This document shows positions 16,373 through 27,207 of a stretch of DNA of 31,270 bases, one piece after another. Made by a program: the position numbers and the translations under genes. The DNA comes from Deinococcales bacterium. GTDB taxonomy: Bacteria > Deinococcota > Deinococci > Deinococcales > JAAFIG01. The stretch covers positions 1 through 31,270 of the forward strand of contig JAYWGM010000036.1 in NCBI GenBank assembly GCA_043778225.1, in the 5' to 3' direction. The notes beneath the pieces are model-generated. The model did no database searches. It had not been told where the DNA came from and saw only the letters and a list, made by a program, of their open reading frames with translations. The stretch's first letter is position 1, and each line of letters opens with the position of its first letter.

Positions 16373-18243
16373 CGTAAGCGCAAGCCAAAATTAAACTTAA
16401 ATGCACCATTTGGAATCAGCACCTCAAACCCGATGGTGTAAGCTAAACTCAATCCAAAATAAGTCAGATTTGCTCCGATGCCAGCCACGGTCAGTGTGCC
16501 TGCGGCGGGTACAAAGTCATAGAATCCTCTTGGCGAAATGGTCAAAAGAGGAGTCTGAAACGGGTTGCCAAGGTGGTCAGTCGGCACTGAACCATCATAG
16601 AACGATAAATCAAAACTGACATCAGTGCGCTGATTGAGCCAATACCAGCGCCGTAAGTTATACAAGTACATTAAACTCAGCACTGGATTCTCGAGCCGAA
16701 AGCCCGCGTAGCCCAATTCACCTTTAAGCATGGTCGGCGCAAAGCGCAAATTTGCGCCAAAGGTTGTGGCTGGTGCAAGCGCATGAGTGGCAAAAGGCGG
16801 CGCAAAAGGTTGTTCGGTGTTGCTAAAAGTCAAGCCAACACTGCCCCAACCGCTTAAAGCATAGCTGATGCCAGCACTGGCGGTGTAATCGACATTAAAG
16901 CCGTTCCATTTATCGCCAAAGTAATTGGTTAAGCGTCCGTTCCAATTACCAGCAAAAGTGATACCTTCAAGGTTATAGAAAAATCCAATGCCCAGATTGC
17001 CGCGTACAAAGCCATGAAAGTCTCGAGTCACCAGCCCTAAACTTTCGCCAACAGTGCCTAACTCGAGTTTTGGACGGATGGTAAATGGCTGAAACGAACT
17101 CGCTGCCAGATTGTAAGCAATGCCAACCCGTCCTTCGGCACTGCGTAAACTGACCAAACTTGATTCGATTCTTGCGCCCGTGTCCAGTGCAAAAGCGCTG
17201 GTCAGACCAGTCAATGGCTCGTGCAAAACCGAGGCTCGAAAGGAAGCCGCTTTTGGCTGACCAATAAAATACGAACTTGTACCATCCACATAACTGACCG
17301 ATAAGCCAAGTGAGGTGATGCTACCAAATGGCGCAGTTGTGGATTTGCCAAATAAATCGTAAATCGCAAATGTACCACGGGTTTTTCCATCGCAAGTTAA
17401 AAGTAAATTTTCTAAACCCAAACTGATGCCATTGCCCAAGCCAAACACAAACGGCACTTCAAACGGGCAGCGCGGGTCGTAATCCATGCGCCCAACAAAA
17501 ATAGGCACGCCGAAAATGTTGATTGTGGTGTTCTCGAGCCGATACACTCCATTCTCGAGGCGCAGCGCACTGCTGGCACTAAAACCTACTTCCGAGCCAG
17601 CACTGTTGCGCCCAACCGAACCATTGACCACCGACAGTTGTACGCCAGCTTGACCACTCGAGCCAAGTTGTGCCGATAAACCAAATTGTGGACTGCCAAA
17701 CAACAACTGATTGAGGGTGGCGCGGTTGTCCTCGAGTACCGCCGTGGCGGCTTTGTAGCGTTCGATGGTAACTCCAGAATCGGATAATTTATTAAAAACA
17801 GCTGTTTGTAAAGTTAGTTTTTTGCCGACCAATGTGCCGCGTTCTGCCACCACATCGTAACGTGCACTGGCAAAACCATCTATTTTATAGCTTGGCTCGA
17901 GACGCAAAACCAGCCCTTCGAGGTTGGTGGTTTCACCTCGCGCTGAGAGGCGTTTGACTGTGCCGTTTGCGCCTTCGGATTCAATTTTGGCGTTGTCGGC
18001 AGTCACCAAAGTACCTGCTGCATCTTCTTGCACGATTAAAATTGGCGCACGCAAAATCCAGCCATTGCGCTCAAAACAGGCATCAAAAAAACGCACTTGG
18101 GTGGCATCCGAGGCATCACTCGAGGCATAAACTGTGCCGATGCCCTCGACGGTGGTGATGCTGACATCAATGTCGCTGCATTTTGGAGCAGCCCAAGCAG
18201 CCGACCCGCACAAGAAAAGTAAAATCATCCATAATTTTTGCAT
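16369..18243 (-). CDS. Secreted beta-rich protein, putative outer-membrane barrel (divergent LptD-like)
   Basis: Signal peptide (AAWA) and a jellyroll-like N-half. NTTINIFGVPIF resembles the LptD linker. Amphipathic strands in the C-half end in FKFNFGLRLR. GAGG upstream of ATG 18243. Confidence 0.55.
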   Translation of the reverse strand: MQKLWMILLFLCGSAAWAAPKCSDIDVSITTVEGIGTVYASSDASDATQVRFFDACFERNGWILRAPILIVQEDAAGTLVTADNAKIESEGANGTVKRLSARGETTNLEGLVLRLEPSYKIDGFASARYDVVAERGTLVGKKLTLQTAVFNKLSDSGVTIERYKAATAVLEDNRATLNQLLFGSPQFGLSAQLGSSGQAGVQLSVVNGSVGRNSAGSEVGFSASSALRLENGVYRLENTTINIFGVPIFVGRMDYDPRCPFEVPFVFGLGNGISLGLENLLLTCDGKTRGTFAIYDLFGKSTTAPFGSITSLGLSVSYVDGTSSYFIGQPKAASFRASVLHEPLTGLTSAFALDTGARIESSLVSLRSAEGRVGIAYNLAASSFQPFTIRPKLELGTVGESLGLVTRDFHGFVRGNLGIGFFYNLEGITFAGNWNGRLTNYFGDKWNGFNVDYTASAGISYALSGWGSVGLTFSNTEQPFAPPFATHALAPATTFGANLRFAPTMLKGELGYAGFRLENPVLSLMYLYNLRRWYWLNQRTDVSFDLSFYDGSVPTDHLGNPFQTPLLTISPRGFYDFVPAAGTLTVAGIGANLTYFGLSLAYTIGFEVLIPNGAFKFNFGLRLR

Positions 18244-18288
18244 TAGAAAAACCTCGAGCGGCATTATGGCATGATGTAAATGAAATGA

Positions 18289-18918
18289 TTACTTTTTTGC
18301 GATTAACTCCATGTAGGACTTGGCAATTGCGGCTGGAATCTGAGACCCTTCTTGGTAGGTGGTGCGATTTTTATCGCTAAAATTGACCAGCAGCATGGCA
18401 CTTACGCCATTGCGCTGCTTGGTGGTTTTGTTATCGGTGGACTTATAGAAGTAATTGCCGAGTAAAAAAACCTCATTTTTGTTGTCGTCAAACACAGCAC
18501 TGTCAGCTTTGATGGTTGGACTCGAGGCGCTGATGTTCCAAGCGACAATTCGTTTTGCATCTGGGTAAACAGTTGCTCGAGCTGCATTTAAGCCCGAAAC
18601 ATTTTCGTCTGAATAGGTCAGTGCGCCAGCCACTTCCATGCGGTCAGCCGTCACGATGTAATTAATACTTGGACTCGAGACCGTTTGACCAGTGTTGTTT
18701 TTAAGTTTGGCGGTCTTGGCACGCAGATACACATTGTCTTTGTACTCAATGTACTTAGCATCAATCGAAAAACCACGTTTGTTGTCCTTGATTAACCCAC
18801 CTTGGGGCAAAGTCACACTGCCATCGTCGGCAATGATTTGGTCGCCATAAGGTTGTGCCACAAAACCAGCTTGGGCAAGGGCTAAGCTCGAGACAAACAG
18901 CAAAAGAAATCGTTTCAC
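18289..18918 (-). CDS. Secreted hypothetical protein, OstA-like beta pattern
   Basis: GTG start gives MKRFLLLFVSSLALAQ (signal peptide). IDAKYIEY and IKADSAVFD..KNEVFLLGN. Confidence 0.6.
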   Translation of the reverse strand: MKRFLLLFVSSLALAQAGFVAQPYGDQIIADDGSVTLPQGGLIKDNKRGFSIDAKYIEYKDNVYLRAKTAKLKNNTGQTVSSPSINYIVTADRMEVAGALTYSDENVSGLNAARATVYPDAKRIVAWNISASSPTIKADSAVFDDNKNEVFLLGNYFYKSTDNKTTKQRNGVSAMLLVNFSDKNRTTYQEGSQIPAAIAKSYMELIAKK

Positions 18919-19105
18919 GCTTTGTATTACAGCAGGTCTTCTCGAGAGTACAATGAGGGGAGAGCAAATTTGTGTTGGGAAACGCCAACTGACTTTGTAG
19001 AGGCTCATGTAGCGGGCTTAGAATTAGGTGATCGTCAAAACAGGGATAGGCATACTGTAATCGAGTCAGGAGAATGGAATCGTTGATGCTTTAGGAGGCT
19101 ATGAA

Positions 19106-19933
19106 ATGAAAAAAATCCTTGGTTTGCTGCTGATTACCTCGAGCCTGATGGCGTTTTCCCAGAGTCTCCCCAAAGCCTTTTTACTCGAGGTTTCAAACGG
19201 TGAAAGTTTAGTTGTGGCGGTCTTAGATAAGCAATGGAAAGCCCTTGATGACGACTTACCAGCCAACCAAAAACAACAGCTTCAGAGGGCAACAGTTAAG
19301 CTGTTGACTGATGTAGGACAAATCGGTACAGCCAAAATGCAGGGGAGTCTCGAGGTGGGTAATTGTGGTGTTATCTCCAAGCCAATTGCAAAGGTCTCGA
19401 GACAAATTTATGGCTTGGTTGCCCCGTGGAAGATTGCCCCGCGAAAAATCGAGCGTCTGCCCTTAGATAATGCTGTGTACCAAAAAGTTATGGCAGCCGA
19501 ACTGGTGGCTCGAGGCATCAAAGCACCCGTGCAGATGACCCAAGTTCTAAAAGCTGACCTCGACGGCGACCAATCCGACGAGGTGATTCTGGTGGCGCAA
19601 CGCCCTGCTTTAAGTGCCAATTACGAATTGGTGGGCATGGGTTATGCGATGAAAGCCCATGATTACGCTCTGGCGATTGTGCGAAAACTGACCTCGAGTG
19701 GTGTAAAAACCTTTGTCTTGCGTCAAGCCTGGGCAAAAGCAGATTTTGATGTCAATAGTACAACCAATCTGCCGCCACGTTTTGCACAATGGGTCAATGG
19801 TGTGGCTGATTTTGACGGCGATGGCAAAATGGAAGTCTTGGTCAATTCAATACTTTACGAAGGTTATGGCTTTGAAGTCTTTGGTTGGAATAACAAAAAA
19901 TTTGAAATGCGTTTTGAATGGGGTTGTATCTGA
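19106..19933 (+). CDS. Secreted hypothetical protein with two DxDGD (FG-GAP/VCBS-like Ca-binding) motifs
   Basis: AGGAGG RBS, signal peptide, DLDGDQSDE and DFDGDGKME. Confidence 0.75.
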   Translation: MKKILGLLLITSSLMAFSQSLPKAFLLEVSNGESLVVAVLDKQWKALDDDLPANQKQQLQRATVKLLTDVGQIGTAKMQGSLEVGNCGVISKPIAKVSRQIYGLVAPWKIAPRKIERLPLDNAVYQKVMAAELVARGIKAPVQMTQVLKADLDGDQSDEVILVAQRPALSANYELVGMGYAMKAHDYALAIVRKLTSSGVKTFVLRQAWAKADFDVNSTTNLPPRFAQWVNGVADFDGDGKMEVLVNSILYEGYGFEVFGWNNKKFEMRFEWGCI

Positions 19934-20631
19934 AATTTCTTTGGTTGGCATTGTGTCTGCTCCTGAGCCTAGCGTCCGCTCAAAGCTGGCAACCTAAATG
20001 CACAGAAATCCTTAAACTCGAGCCGCAAAAATTTGTGCAAATCTATCTTGAAAAAAATACTTACCGTGGCGACTCGAGACCCGAATCTGAAATTATTGCC
20101 ATCTGGACAAATTGCCAACGGGCAAGCAACAACACCAAGCTCAAGAATAATCCCAAACTCATGGCGCGAATTGAAAGTTTGCGAAGACTAGAAACCACAT
20201 TTTTTGATGCCCAATTTTTCTTTGCGCTGATAGATGGTGGTTACTCGAGTATCACAGGTTCGGCAGGCAGTGTCATTCAAACCCAACAAAACTTTTTTGA
20301 GCCTTACCTCGAGTATCATCTTGGGGTGGTGATTGGCTTGGCGCTGTCAAAATCTGGGGCGGTGACCTCGAGTAGCATCAAAGCCCGTCATGCCAAAGCT
20401 GCAACCAGTCTCGAGGCGGAAGTTAGACAAAAATCCTTAGGGGCGGACAAAAATGTAGACCCAGAGACGATCAAAAACTTGCCAATAGACTTAAAAAATT
20501 ATGTTCAGAATTGGGAAAATGCTGCCTTGCAGTTTCGTGGGGCATACGCAGAAATCTATCAGTTGGTTGGGCAACCAGCCGACATCACCAGCACCACGAT
20601 TCTCGAGTTTTTGGCTTTGGGTTATTATTAA
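19918..20631 (+). CDS. Secreted hypothetical helical protein
   Basis: 237 aa, signal peptide ending ASA-Q. Overlaps the upstream gene by 16 nt. Confidence 0.7.
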   Translation: MGLYLKFLWLALCLLLSLASAQSWQPKCTEILKLEPQKFVQIYLEKNTYRGDSRPESEIIAIWTNCQRASNNTKLKNNPKLMARIESLRRLETTFFDAQFFFALIDGGYSSITGSAGSVIQTQQNFFEPYLEYHLGVVIGLALSKSGAVTSSSIKARHAKAATSLEAEVRQKSLGADKNVDPETIKNLPIDLKNYVQNWENAALQFRGAYAEIYQLVGQPADITSTTILEFLALGYY

Positions 20632-21200
20632 AAGTATCGAAACCGCATTCGTAAATCCCAAGCAAACAGCACATCCTCGAGTTGCGCTCCAGCCCCAATG
20701 TTATGCACCATCAGTGGGCGTTGCTTGGTGTTCTCGAGTTGGGCAGTCACCACCCCAATGTGTAGCCGCCCACTGGGTAGTGTCCAAGTGACCATATCTC
20801 CAGCGCGGTAATCTTTTGGGTTGCTCGAGTTTTTCAGTTGTTTACCAAGGCGCTGTAAAAAAACCTCGAGATTAGCAACGCGGCGGTGGTCTATGTTGCT
20901 GTCTGGGCGGCTTAACCCCCAGAGTTTTGGATAGGCGCTAAACGCCCGTTTCATGTCTTGGTGAACCAAGGCTTGAAAATCTATACCAACTGCTCGGTAT
21001 GCCCTGATTATCACATCAGTACAAACCCCGCGCTCGAGTGGGACATCGCCCAATGGGTATTGAAGTGCGGTGTAGGCAGGGTCGTAACTCAGCGTCACAC
21101 CAACTTGGCGCTGGGCGGCTTGGGCTACTTTTTCGGCTCGAGGATTTGTCTGCGCCACCGCTAACGAGCTTAAAAGTAAGCCCAGTACAATCAATCTCAT
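20628..21200 (-). CDS. DUF1287 (YijF-like) protein
   Basis: YDPAY..LQYPLGDVP.ERGVCTDV.IRAYR, PDSNIDHRRV.NL, HIGVV, HNIGAG. Signal peptide. Start could instead be TTG 21212. Confidence 0.88.
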   Translation of the reverse strand: MRLIVLGLLLSSLAVAQTNPRAEKVAQAAQRQVGVTLSYDPAYTALQYPLGDVPLERGVCTDVIIRAYRAVGIDFQALVHQDMKRAFSAYPKLWGLSRPDSNIDHRRVANLEVFLQRLGKQLKNSSNPKDYRAGDMVTWTLPSGRLHIGVVTAQLENTKQRPLMVHNIGAGAQLEDVLFAWDLRMRFRYF

Positions 21201-21281
21201 TTTGATATTCAAGCACCATCAGGCACTATTTGCAAGCTGTCTTGCTTTTTTGACCCCAGCAACTGGCGTAATCTCGAGGCG

Positions 21282-21947
21282 ATGAAAAAAATTTTCTTGA
21301 CTTTTATTTTTGCACTGCTGAGTTGTGCCTCGGCTCAAACCCTGACTCGAGTTGCCGATGATGGCGGTTATTGGCGTGCCTCGCCTAGTCAAAGCAATGG
21401 CGTGTTGTTTATTTTTATTCCCGGCGGGCTTGTTCCAGCCCAAAGCTATGGTTTTATTGCCGAGAATTTAGCCAAAAAAGGCATCACCACGATTATTCCA
21501 GAGTCACCGCTTGGCATTGCTTTTTTTGATTACACCAAAGGCACAAGAATTCGCTTGTCGCTTGAGAACAGAGGCGAAAAGTTTCGTAAAATTATTTATG
21601 GTGGTCATTCGCTGGGTGGAGCAATGACTGGTTTATTGGCGGGTTTTGGCGAACGTATGGATGGGATGGTGTTGTTGGCAGCTTTTCCAGCCGCCGATTG
21701 CAGCGCCCGAAATATCCCAACGCTGACCATTGCGGCTGAGCTAGATGGGTTAATCAGTCCGCAGCGCATCCGCGATAGCCTCGCGCAACTGCCAAAAAAT
21801 ACACAATTTGAACTGATTAACGGTGGGATTCATGCTTTTTTTGGGCGTTATGGCATTCAAGCCCGAGATGGTACGCCCTCCATCACTCGAGAAGTTTTTG
21901 AAGCCCAGCTAATGGCGCTGCTCGAGAAGTTCTTTGCTCAGTTCTGA
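21282..21947 (+). CDS. Secreted alpha/beta hydrolase
   Basis: GGHSLGG nucleophile elbow, AELDG, GGIHAFFG. Signal peptide. Confidence 0.9.
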   Translation: MKKIFLTFIFALLSCASAQTLTRVADDGGYWRASPSQSNGVLFIFIPGGLVPAQSYGFIAENLAKKGITTIIPESPLGIAFFDYTKGTRIRLSLENRGEKFRKIIYGGHSLGGAMTGLLAGFGERMDGMVLLAAFPAADCSARNIPTLTIAAELDGLISPQRIRDSLAQLPKNTQFELINGGIHAFFGRYGIQARDGTPSITREVFEAQLMALLEKFFAQF

Positions 21948-22921
21948 AAGCTTTTTATGCCAGCCACAAACATCGCTACCCTGAGTTCAAAAATCATGCG
22001 CTCGAGAACTTCAATCACGGCTTCGGGGCTGCGTGTGGCTGGCTCGAGCAGGGGCATGGCGGTTGCACAAACCTTTGCGCCTTGGCTCAGGGCTTTGGCA
22101 ATGTCCAACCCCGAGCGAATCCCACCAGAAGCCATCAACGGCATTTTGGGAAGCGCCGCCCGACACTCGAGTAAGGCAGTTAGGGTTGGAATTCCAATTT
22201 CGCACAGGTCGGGGTGCAGTAATTTGCCATTATGGGCGTAATCCTCGACTTTTGCCCACGAAGTCCCGCCAGCCCCAGCCACATCGAGCGCAGCAAAACC
22301 AACCCCCGCTACGGTTCGAGCTACTGCCCCCGATAAGCCATGCCCAACTTCTTTGAGCAGCACTGGATAACCCACTTCTGGCACAATTTGCTCGAGCGTT
22401 TTGATTAAATCCTTAAAATTGGTATCGCCGCCAATTTGTAGGGCTTCTTGCAAGGGGTTGGTATGAAATGCAATCGCATCTGCGCCAATCAACTCGATGG
22501 CTTGGCGGGCATGGTGACTGGTGTAGCCTTTTTTGAATTGCGCCACTCCAAGATTGCCGATTAAAAGCACATCGGGAGCATATTGGCGTACCGCAAAACT
22601 GGCTCGAGCCGACGGGTTCTCGAGCATCACCCGTTGTGAACCAAGCATCAAGCCTAAACCGAGGGTTTGAGCCGCAATCGCTAAATTTTTATTGATTGTG
22701 CCAGCCAAATCTGCGCCGCCAGTCATTGCACCAATCAGTATTGGCGCTTTTAGGGTTTTTCCTAAAAAAGTCGTCTCGAGGTTAATCTCTTCTAGGCTGC
22801 ATTCGGGAAGGGCATTATAATCCCAAGGTATAGTCTCTAATCCTGTGGTTTTGCTACTGTACTGCACGGGGTACTCGAGACAAACTTGGATATGTTTAAG
22901 TTTTCGGGTTTCAAGGCTCAC
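21938..22921 (-). CDS. fni: Type 2 isopentenyl-diphosphate delta-isomerase
   Basis: RKLKHI, AMTGG, GSQR, NPLQE, KEVGHG, AGAGGTSW, ASGGIR. GTG start with TAAAAT 6 nt upstream. Confidence 0.96.
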   Translation of the reverse strand: MSLETRKLKHIQVCLEYPVQYSSKTTGLETIPWDYNALPECSLEEINLETTFLGKTLKAPILIGAMTGGADLAGTINKNLAIAAQTLGLGLMLGSQRVMLENPSARASFAVRQYAPDVLLIGNLGVAQFKKGYTSHHARQAIELIGADAIAFHTNPLQEALQIGGDTNFKDLIKTLEQIVPEVGYPVLLKEVGHGLSGAVARTVAGVGFAALDVAGAGGTSWAKVEDYAHNGKLLHPDLCEIGIPTLTALLECRAALPKMPLMASGGIRSGLDIAKALSQGAKVCATAMPLLEPATRSPEAVIEVLERMIFELRVAMFVAGIKSFQN

Positions 22922-22991
22922 CCTGGTATTTTACGCGCAAAAGTAGGGAAACGGTGGTAGTTTAGGGGTATTAATTTGCTGGGAGGCGCAG

Positions 22992-25628
22992 ATGTTGCAG
23001 GGGTTACGTCAAAATGCTCCAAAAAATCTTGCAGGCTGGTTTGTGGTTTTATTGGCTTGGTGTGGTCTGCTTGTGCTGCTGCATCTTGTTTTGCTGCTGC
23101 TTATTCCTTCGGTTTTGCTTGGCAGTGGTTTACGTTTATTGATTGCGCCAGCCGCCATTGCGATACTCTGGAAGCTGTCTGGGCTGTACCTCGGAAGGAC
23201 TCGAGTCGGTTGGCGATTGGTAGCGCTGAGTTGCGGTCTTTGGTTCTTTGGCGATTTGACCTACGCCTACCAAGAAGTGATTGCCGGGGCTGTTGTGCGT
23301 GAATTACCGCTCTTGGCAGTCCCTTACTTTATTTCGACCTTTTTAATGATGACCACAGTGACTTACCTAGGTTACGGGTCGCGCAATCATACCGAACGCA
23401 CTGCGCTGTTGCTCGAGACGATGATTATTGTGGTTGGGCTTGGTTTGGTGTTGTGGCGCTGGTTTTTGGGCGTTCAAGTGGCAACTCAGCCTTTTATTGG
23501 TATGGTGGTCGAGGTGCTTTCGCCAATTGTTGGACTGAGTTTGGTTGGTTTTATGCTTTCGTATTTGCTCAGTCAACGGCGCGGCTTACTGACCAGTATT
23601 TTATTAACGCTTGGGGCATTGGCAATTGCTTGTTTGATTGAAGGTGTGGATGCGATCAATACTTTTGGCGTGTATCAAACAGGTCATGTCATAGATGTAC
23701 TCGGCTCGGTAGCCTATTTTTGTTTTGCGGCGGCTGGTGTCAGCAGCATTTTGCCAGATACCCGAAGTACAATTGAGCGAAATTGGGTACGAGTCGTTAA
23801 TGCTTTACCTTATGTTGTCTTTGTAATTTCGTTTGCGGTTTTTTTGGAATTTTTTGGCAGTCCAGCCCACGAAACAGCGCCTAAAATCGTGGAGCTTGGA
23901 ATTCTAGTGGGAATTGCATTGTTGGCTTTTTTGACTGGTTGGCGTTTGATACTGGCAAATCAGGTCAATGTCCGCTTGACCGATGAATTACTCGAGTCTC
24001 AAGAGCGTTTAGAACTGGCTTTGCGTGGCTCAAACGATGGTATTTGGGAATGGAAAGTGTCTGAACAATTGGTTCGGGTTTCTGCCCGATTTAGCGCCTC
24101 GCTAGGGCATCCAGAAATTGAAGCCACAAAACCTGTTGTTTACTGGCGAAACCTGATTCACCCCGACGACCTCGAGCGAGTGGTTGAAGAAGTTGTTCGG
24201 CACTTAAAAGGTCAAAGCGAATTTCTCGCCCTCGAGACCCGCCTAAAGTGTGCCAATCTCGAGTATCGCTGGTATTCGATGCGTGGTTTGGCAGTGCGGC
24301 ATCAAAATCGTACAGTCCGAATGGCTGGCTCATTGACCGACATCACTGGACGCAGTGGCGTTTATGATGCGCTGACTGGACTGGCAAATCGGGTTTTGTT
24401 CCGCGAGACGATCGAGCGTGCCATTCAGCGCCATATTCGCCATGCCGATGCTTTTTGTGTGATGTTTTTAGACTTAAACGATTTTAAGATTGTCAATGAC
24501 ACGCTGGGGCATTTGGTTGGCGATGAATTGCTGTTGCAGGTCGCAAAGCGCTTGGAGAAAACTGTCCGACAAGGCGATACCCTAGCCCGTTTGGGAGGCG
24601 ATGAATTTGCAGTTCTTGCCGAACGCAGCAACAAGCCCAATAAAACAACGCTTGAGTACATCAGTACCACAATGTTAGCCGAACGGCTGATTCGACAATT
24701 AGAAGAACCTTTTTTGATTGGTGAACGCCAAATCAAGGTCAGTGGAAGCATTGGTATTGTGGACTCGAGTAGCGGCTTTACCAAAGCCGATGCTTTTTTA
24801 AGTGCCGCCGATACCGCCATGTATCATGCTAAAAATACCCGTTCAAAGATTGCTTTTTTTGATCAAGAGATGACCGTGCGCCTACAAAAACGTCTTGAAC
24901 TCGAGAATGATATTCGTCAAGCTATCCTTTACCAGCAATTTAAGCTGCATTATCAAGCAATTTTCGAGACCCAAAGCCAAAAAGTGATTGGCTTTGAAGC
25001 CTTGTTGCGTTGGCAAATGGAAGACGGTGCATTTATAGCCCCAGATGTTTTTATTCCAATTGCCGAGCAAAGTGGTTTGATTCTTGAACTTGGAGCTTGG
25101 GTCCTGCAACTGGCTTGTCAAACCGCTGCCAGTTGGAAAACCAACCATAGCATCAGTGTCAATGTCTCCAGTCAGCAATTCGAGAATGATTCGTTTGTTG
25201 GTTTTGTGCATCAAGTGCTGGTACAAACCCGACTCGAGCCAAAGCGCCTAATTTTGGAAATTACCGAAAGTGCGTTATTAGAAAGTGCTGAAACTAATTT
25301 AATCGCCTTACGGGCATTGGGTGTCCAAGTGCAAATAGATGATTTTGGTACGGGTTACTCGAGTCTGAGTTATTTGCACCGCTTTCCGGTCTCGGCATTA
25401 AAAGTGGATAAGAGTTTTGTGCGTGAAATTGACAAAAATCAGACTCGAGCTATTGCAAAAGCGATTATTTTATTGGCACAGAGCCTTGGTTTGCGGGTCA
25501 TTGCCGAAGGCGTTGAAACCCAAGCTCAGTATGAGGTGTTGCGTGAATTACAGTGCGATGCAGTTCAGGGTTTTTTATTTGCTCGACCAGTGCCAGAAGA
25601 ACAACTAAACGATTTTTTGCAATCCTAA
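22992..25628 (+). CDS. Membrane-bound PAS-GGDEF-EAL c-di-GMP enzyme
   Basis: Multi-TM N-terminus, PAS (SNDGIWEW, IHPDD), RLGGDEF, FEALLRW, DDFGTGYSSLSYL, AEGVET. GGAGG RBS. Confidence 0.95.
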   Translation: MLQGLRQNAPKNLAGWFVVLLAWCGLLVLLHLVLLLLIPSVLLGSGLRLLIAPAAIAILWKLSGLYLGRTRVGWRLVALSCGLWFFGDLTYAYQEVIAGAVVRELPLLAVPYFISTFLMMTTVTYLGYGSRNHTERTALLLETMIIVVGLGLVLWRWFLGVQVATQPFIGMVVEVLSPIVGLSLVGFMLSYLLSQRRGLLTSILLTLGALAIACLIEGVDAINTFGVYQTGHVIDVLGSVAYFCFAAAGVSSILPDTRSTIERNWVRVVNALPYVVFVISFAVFLEFFGSPAHETAPKIVELGILVGIALLAFLTGWRLILANQVNVRLTDELLESQERLELALRGSNDGIWEWKVSEQLVRVSARFSASLGHPEIEATKPVVYWRNLIHPDDLERVVEEVVRHLKGQSEFLALETRLKCANLEYRWYSMRGLAVRHQNRTVRMAGSLTDITGRSGVYDALTGLANRVLFRETIERAIQRHIRHADAFCVMFLDLNDFKIVNDTLGHLVGDELLLQVAKRLEKTVRQGDTLARLGGDEFAVLAERSNKPNKTTLEYISTTMLAERLIRQLEEPFLIGERQIKVSGSIGIVDSSSGFTKADAFLSAADTAMYHAKNTRSKIAFFDQEMTVRLQKRLELENDIRQAILYQQFKLHYQAIFETQSQKVIGFEALLRWQMEDGAFIAPDVFIPIAEQSGLILELGAWVLQLACQTAASWKTNHSISVNVSSQQFENDSFVGFVHQVLVQTRLEPKRLILEITESALLESAETNLIALRALGVQVQIDDFGTGYSSLSYLHRFPVSALKVDKSFVREIDKNQTRAIAKAIILLAQSLGLRVIAEGVETQAQYEVLRELQCDAVQGFLFARPVPEEQLNDFLQS

Positions 25629-25682
25629 AAATACGCCAAAATACGGATACCTAAGAACGCTGTAGTTGGGTAGTCTGTTGAG

Positions 25683-26717
25683 ATGACACCGCAGAAAATA
25701 GACCTCAAGACAGCCTCGGACACCGAACTTTTACCGCTGCACGAATTCTGGCTCGCCATAAGAGCCGAATTACTGCCAGATGACCCGCCAATTCCGTGGT
25801 CAGAGCGCAGTAAAGGCTGGCGTGAACCACCACCAGCCCTTGAGCGGCGAGTTTACATTATTAAAAATAACCAAGAAGTGATTGGTCTCGCCGATGCTGA
25901 TTGGCGAAGCGATGACCTCGAGAACCCAGAATCGGGCTGGTTAGATTTGTATGTCGCGCCAAGCCATTACCAACAGGGGCTAGGCACAAAACTGCTGCGA
26001 ACCATGCTCGAGGATATTTACGCCCATGGTCGCAGAAAATTATTTGCTGTCACCACTAACATTCATGCTGGTGGTCAGCCTTTTGCCGAAAAAATTGGGG
26101 CGAAATTTGGACAAGAAGAACACGCCAATCAATTGCTGTTTTCCGAAATGAACCATGAATATATAAAGCGCTCACTCGAGAACGCTCCAACCGATAAATA
26201 CGAACTGGTCTGGTACGAAAATACGTATACCGACGACGAAACTGAACTGCAAAAAATCTGTGATGCCTTTGCGATTATGAACACTGCCCCGCGTGGCGAT
26301 TTAGAATTTAACGATTGGGTCATGACTCCAAAAAAACTCCGAGAAGAGGCTGAAGAAAACCAAAAACAAGACCGTCAATGGTGGCTCTGCCTTGCTAAAA
26401 ACCTCGAGACTGGAGTTTATGATGGTTTTACCGAGACTGGCTGGCATCCAAACCGACCAAAAATAGCGGTGCAATACGGTACTGGGGTAGACCCTAAAGC
26501 CCGAGGACACGGACTTGGTGCATGGCTCAAAGCTGCAATGATCCAAAAAATGTTGCTTGAACGCCCAAGCGTAGACCGAATCCGCACCGGCAATGCCGAT
26601 AGCAATGCACCGATGTTAAAAATCAATCATACTTTGGGTTTCAAACCATTTATTGCCAGAGCCGAATGGCAAATAGATGTTGCCAAGACTCTTGAGATTT
26701 TACGCGCTCGAGTTTAG
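25683..26717 (+). CDS. Tandem-domain GNAT acetyltransferase
   Basis: Two acetyl-CoA motifs (QQGLGTKL and [10 protein letters not shown]), plus [19 protein letters not shown]. Confidence 0.9.
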   Translation: MTPQKIDLKTASDTELLPLHEFWLAIRAELLPDDPPIPWSERSKGWREPPPALERRVYIIKNNQEVIGLADADWRSDDLENPESGWLDLYVAPSHYQQGLGTKLLRTMLEDIYAHGRRKLFAVTTNIHAGGQPFAEKIGAKFGQEEHANQLLFSEMNHEYIKRSLENAPTDKYELVWYENTYTDDETELQKICDAFAIMNTAPRGDLEFNDWVMTPKKLREEAEENQKQDRQWWLCLAKNLETGVYDGFTETGWHPNRPKIAVQYGTGVDPKARGHGLGAWLKAAMIQKMLLERPSVDRIRTGNADSNAPMLKINHTLGFKPFIARAEWQIDVAKTLEILRARV

Positions 26718-27199
26718 CGTTTGCCGACACCAAAATCGGTTGGACGCAACAAATGCTCCAAACAACGAGCATAATCCACGCCAATTTTAGCATCCTCGAC
26801 CAAATCTGCCACACTGGTATCCTCGAGAACTGCCAAAATCGCATCGCGTACCCGAATCCAAATCCGACTGCGGGCATGGCAACGTGGCTCTTCGGGGCAG
26901 CTTTTATGCCAGTTGCGCGAAGCACACGATAACGCCGCCACAGGACCATCAATGGCTCGCAGCACATGAGATAAAGGAATGGCACTGGCTTCTCGAGCCA
27001 AGGCGTAACCACCACCAGCCCCTTTTTTGGCTGCCACAATGTCCTGAGTTGCCAGCGCTGCCAATAAACGCACCAAATACGGTTTTGGCACATGGGTTGC
27101 CTCGGCTATTTGGTCGCCATGCACCCAAGAACTCGAGTCTTGCAGTCCAAGAAAAGCCAATGCCTTAAAAGCATAAATATCTGTATTTGAAAGTCGCAT
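26714..27199 (-). CDS. Rrf2-family transcriptional regulator with three Cys (possible Fe-S ligands)
   Basis: YAFKAL, IAE...VPKPYL, KGAGGGY.LAR, C-x8-C-x5-C. Confidence 0.92.
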   Translation of the reverse strand: MRLSNTDIYAFKALAFLGLQDSSSWVHGDQIAEATHVPKPYLVRLLAALATQDIVAAKKGAGGGYALAREASAIPLSHVLRAIDGPVAALSCASRNWHKSCPEEPRCHARSRIWIRVRDAILAVLEDTSVADLVEDAKIGVDYARCLEHLLRPTDFGVGKR

Positions 27200-27207
27200 A
27201 AAACAGT

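Noticed and set aside
22931..22947. Deinococcal radiation/desiccation response motif (RDRM) near fni
   Set aside because: Only the left half (TTACG) matches. The right half does not fit the 17-bp palindrome.
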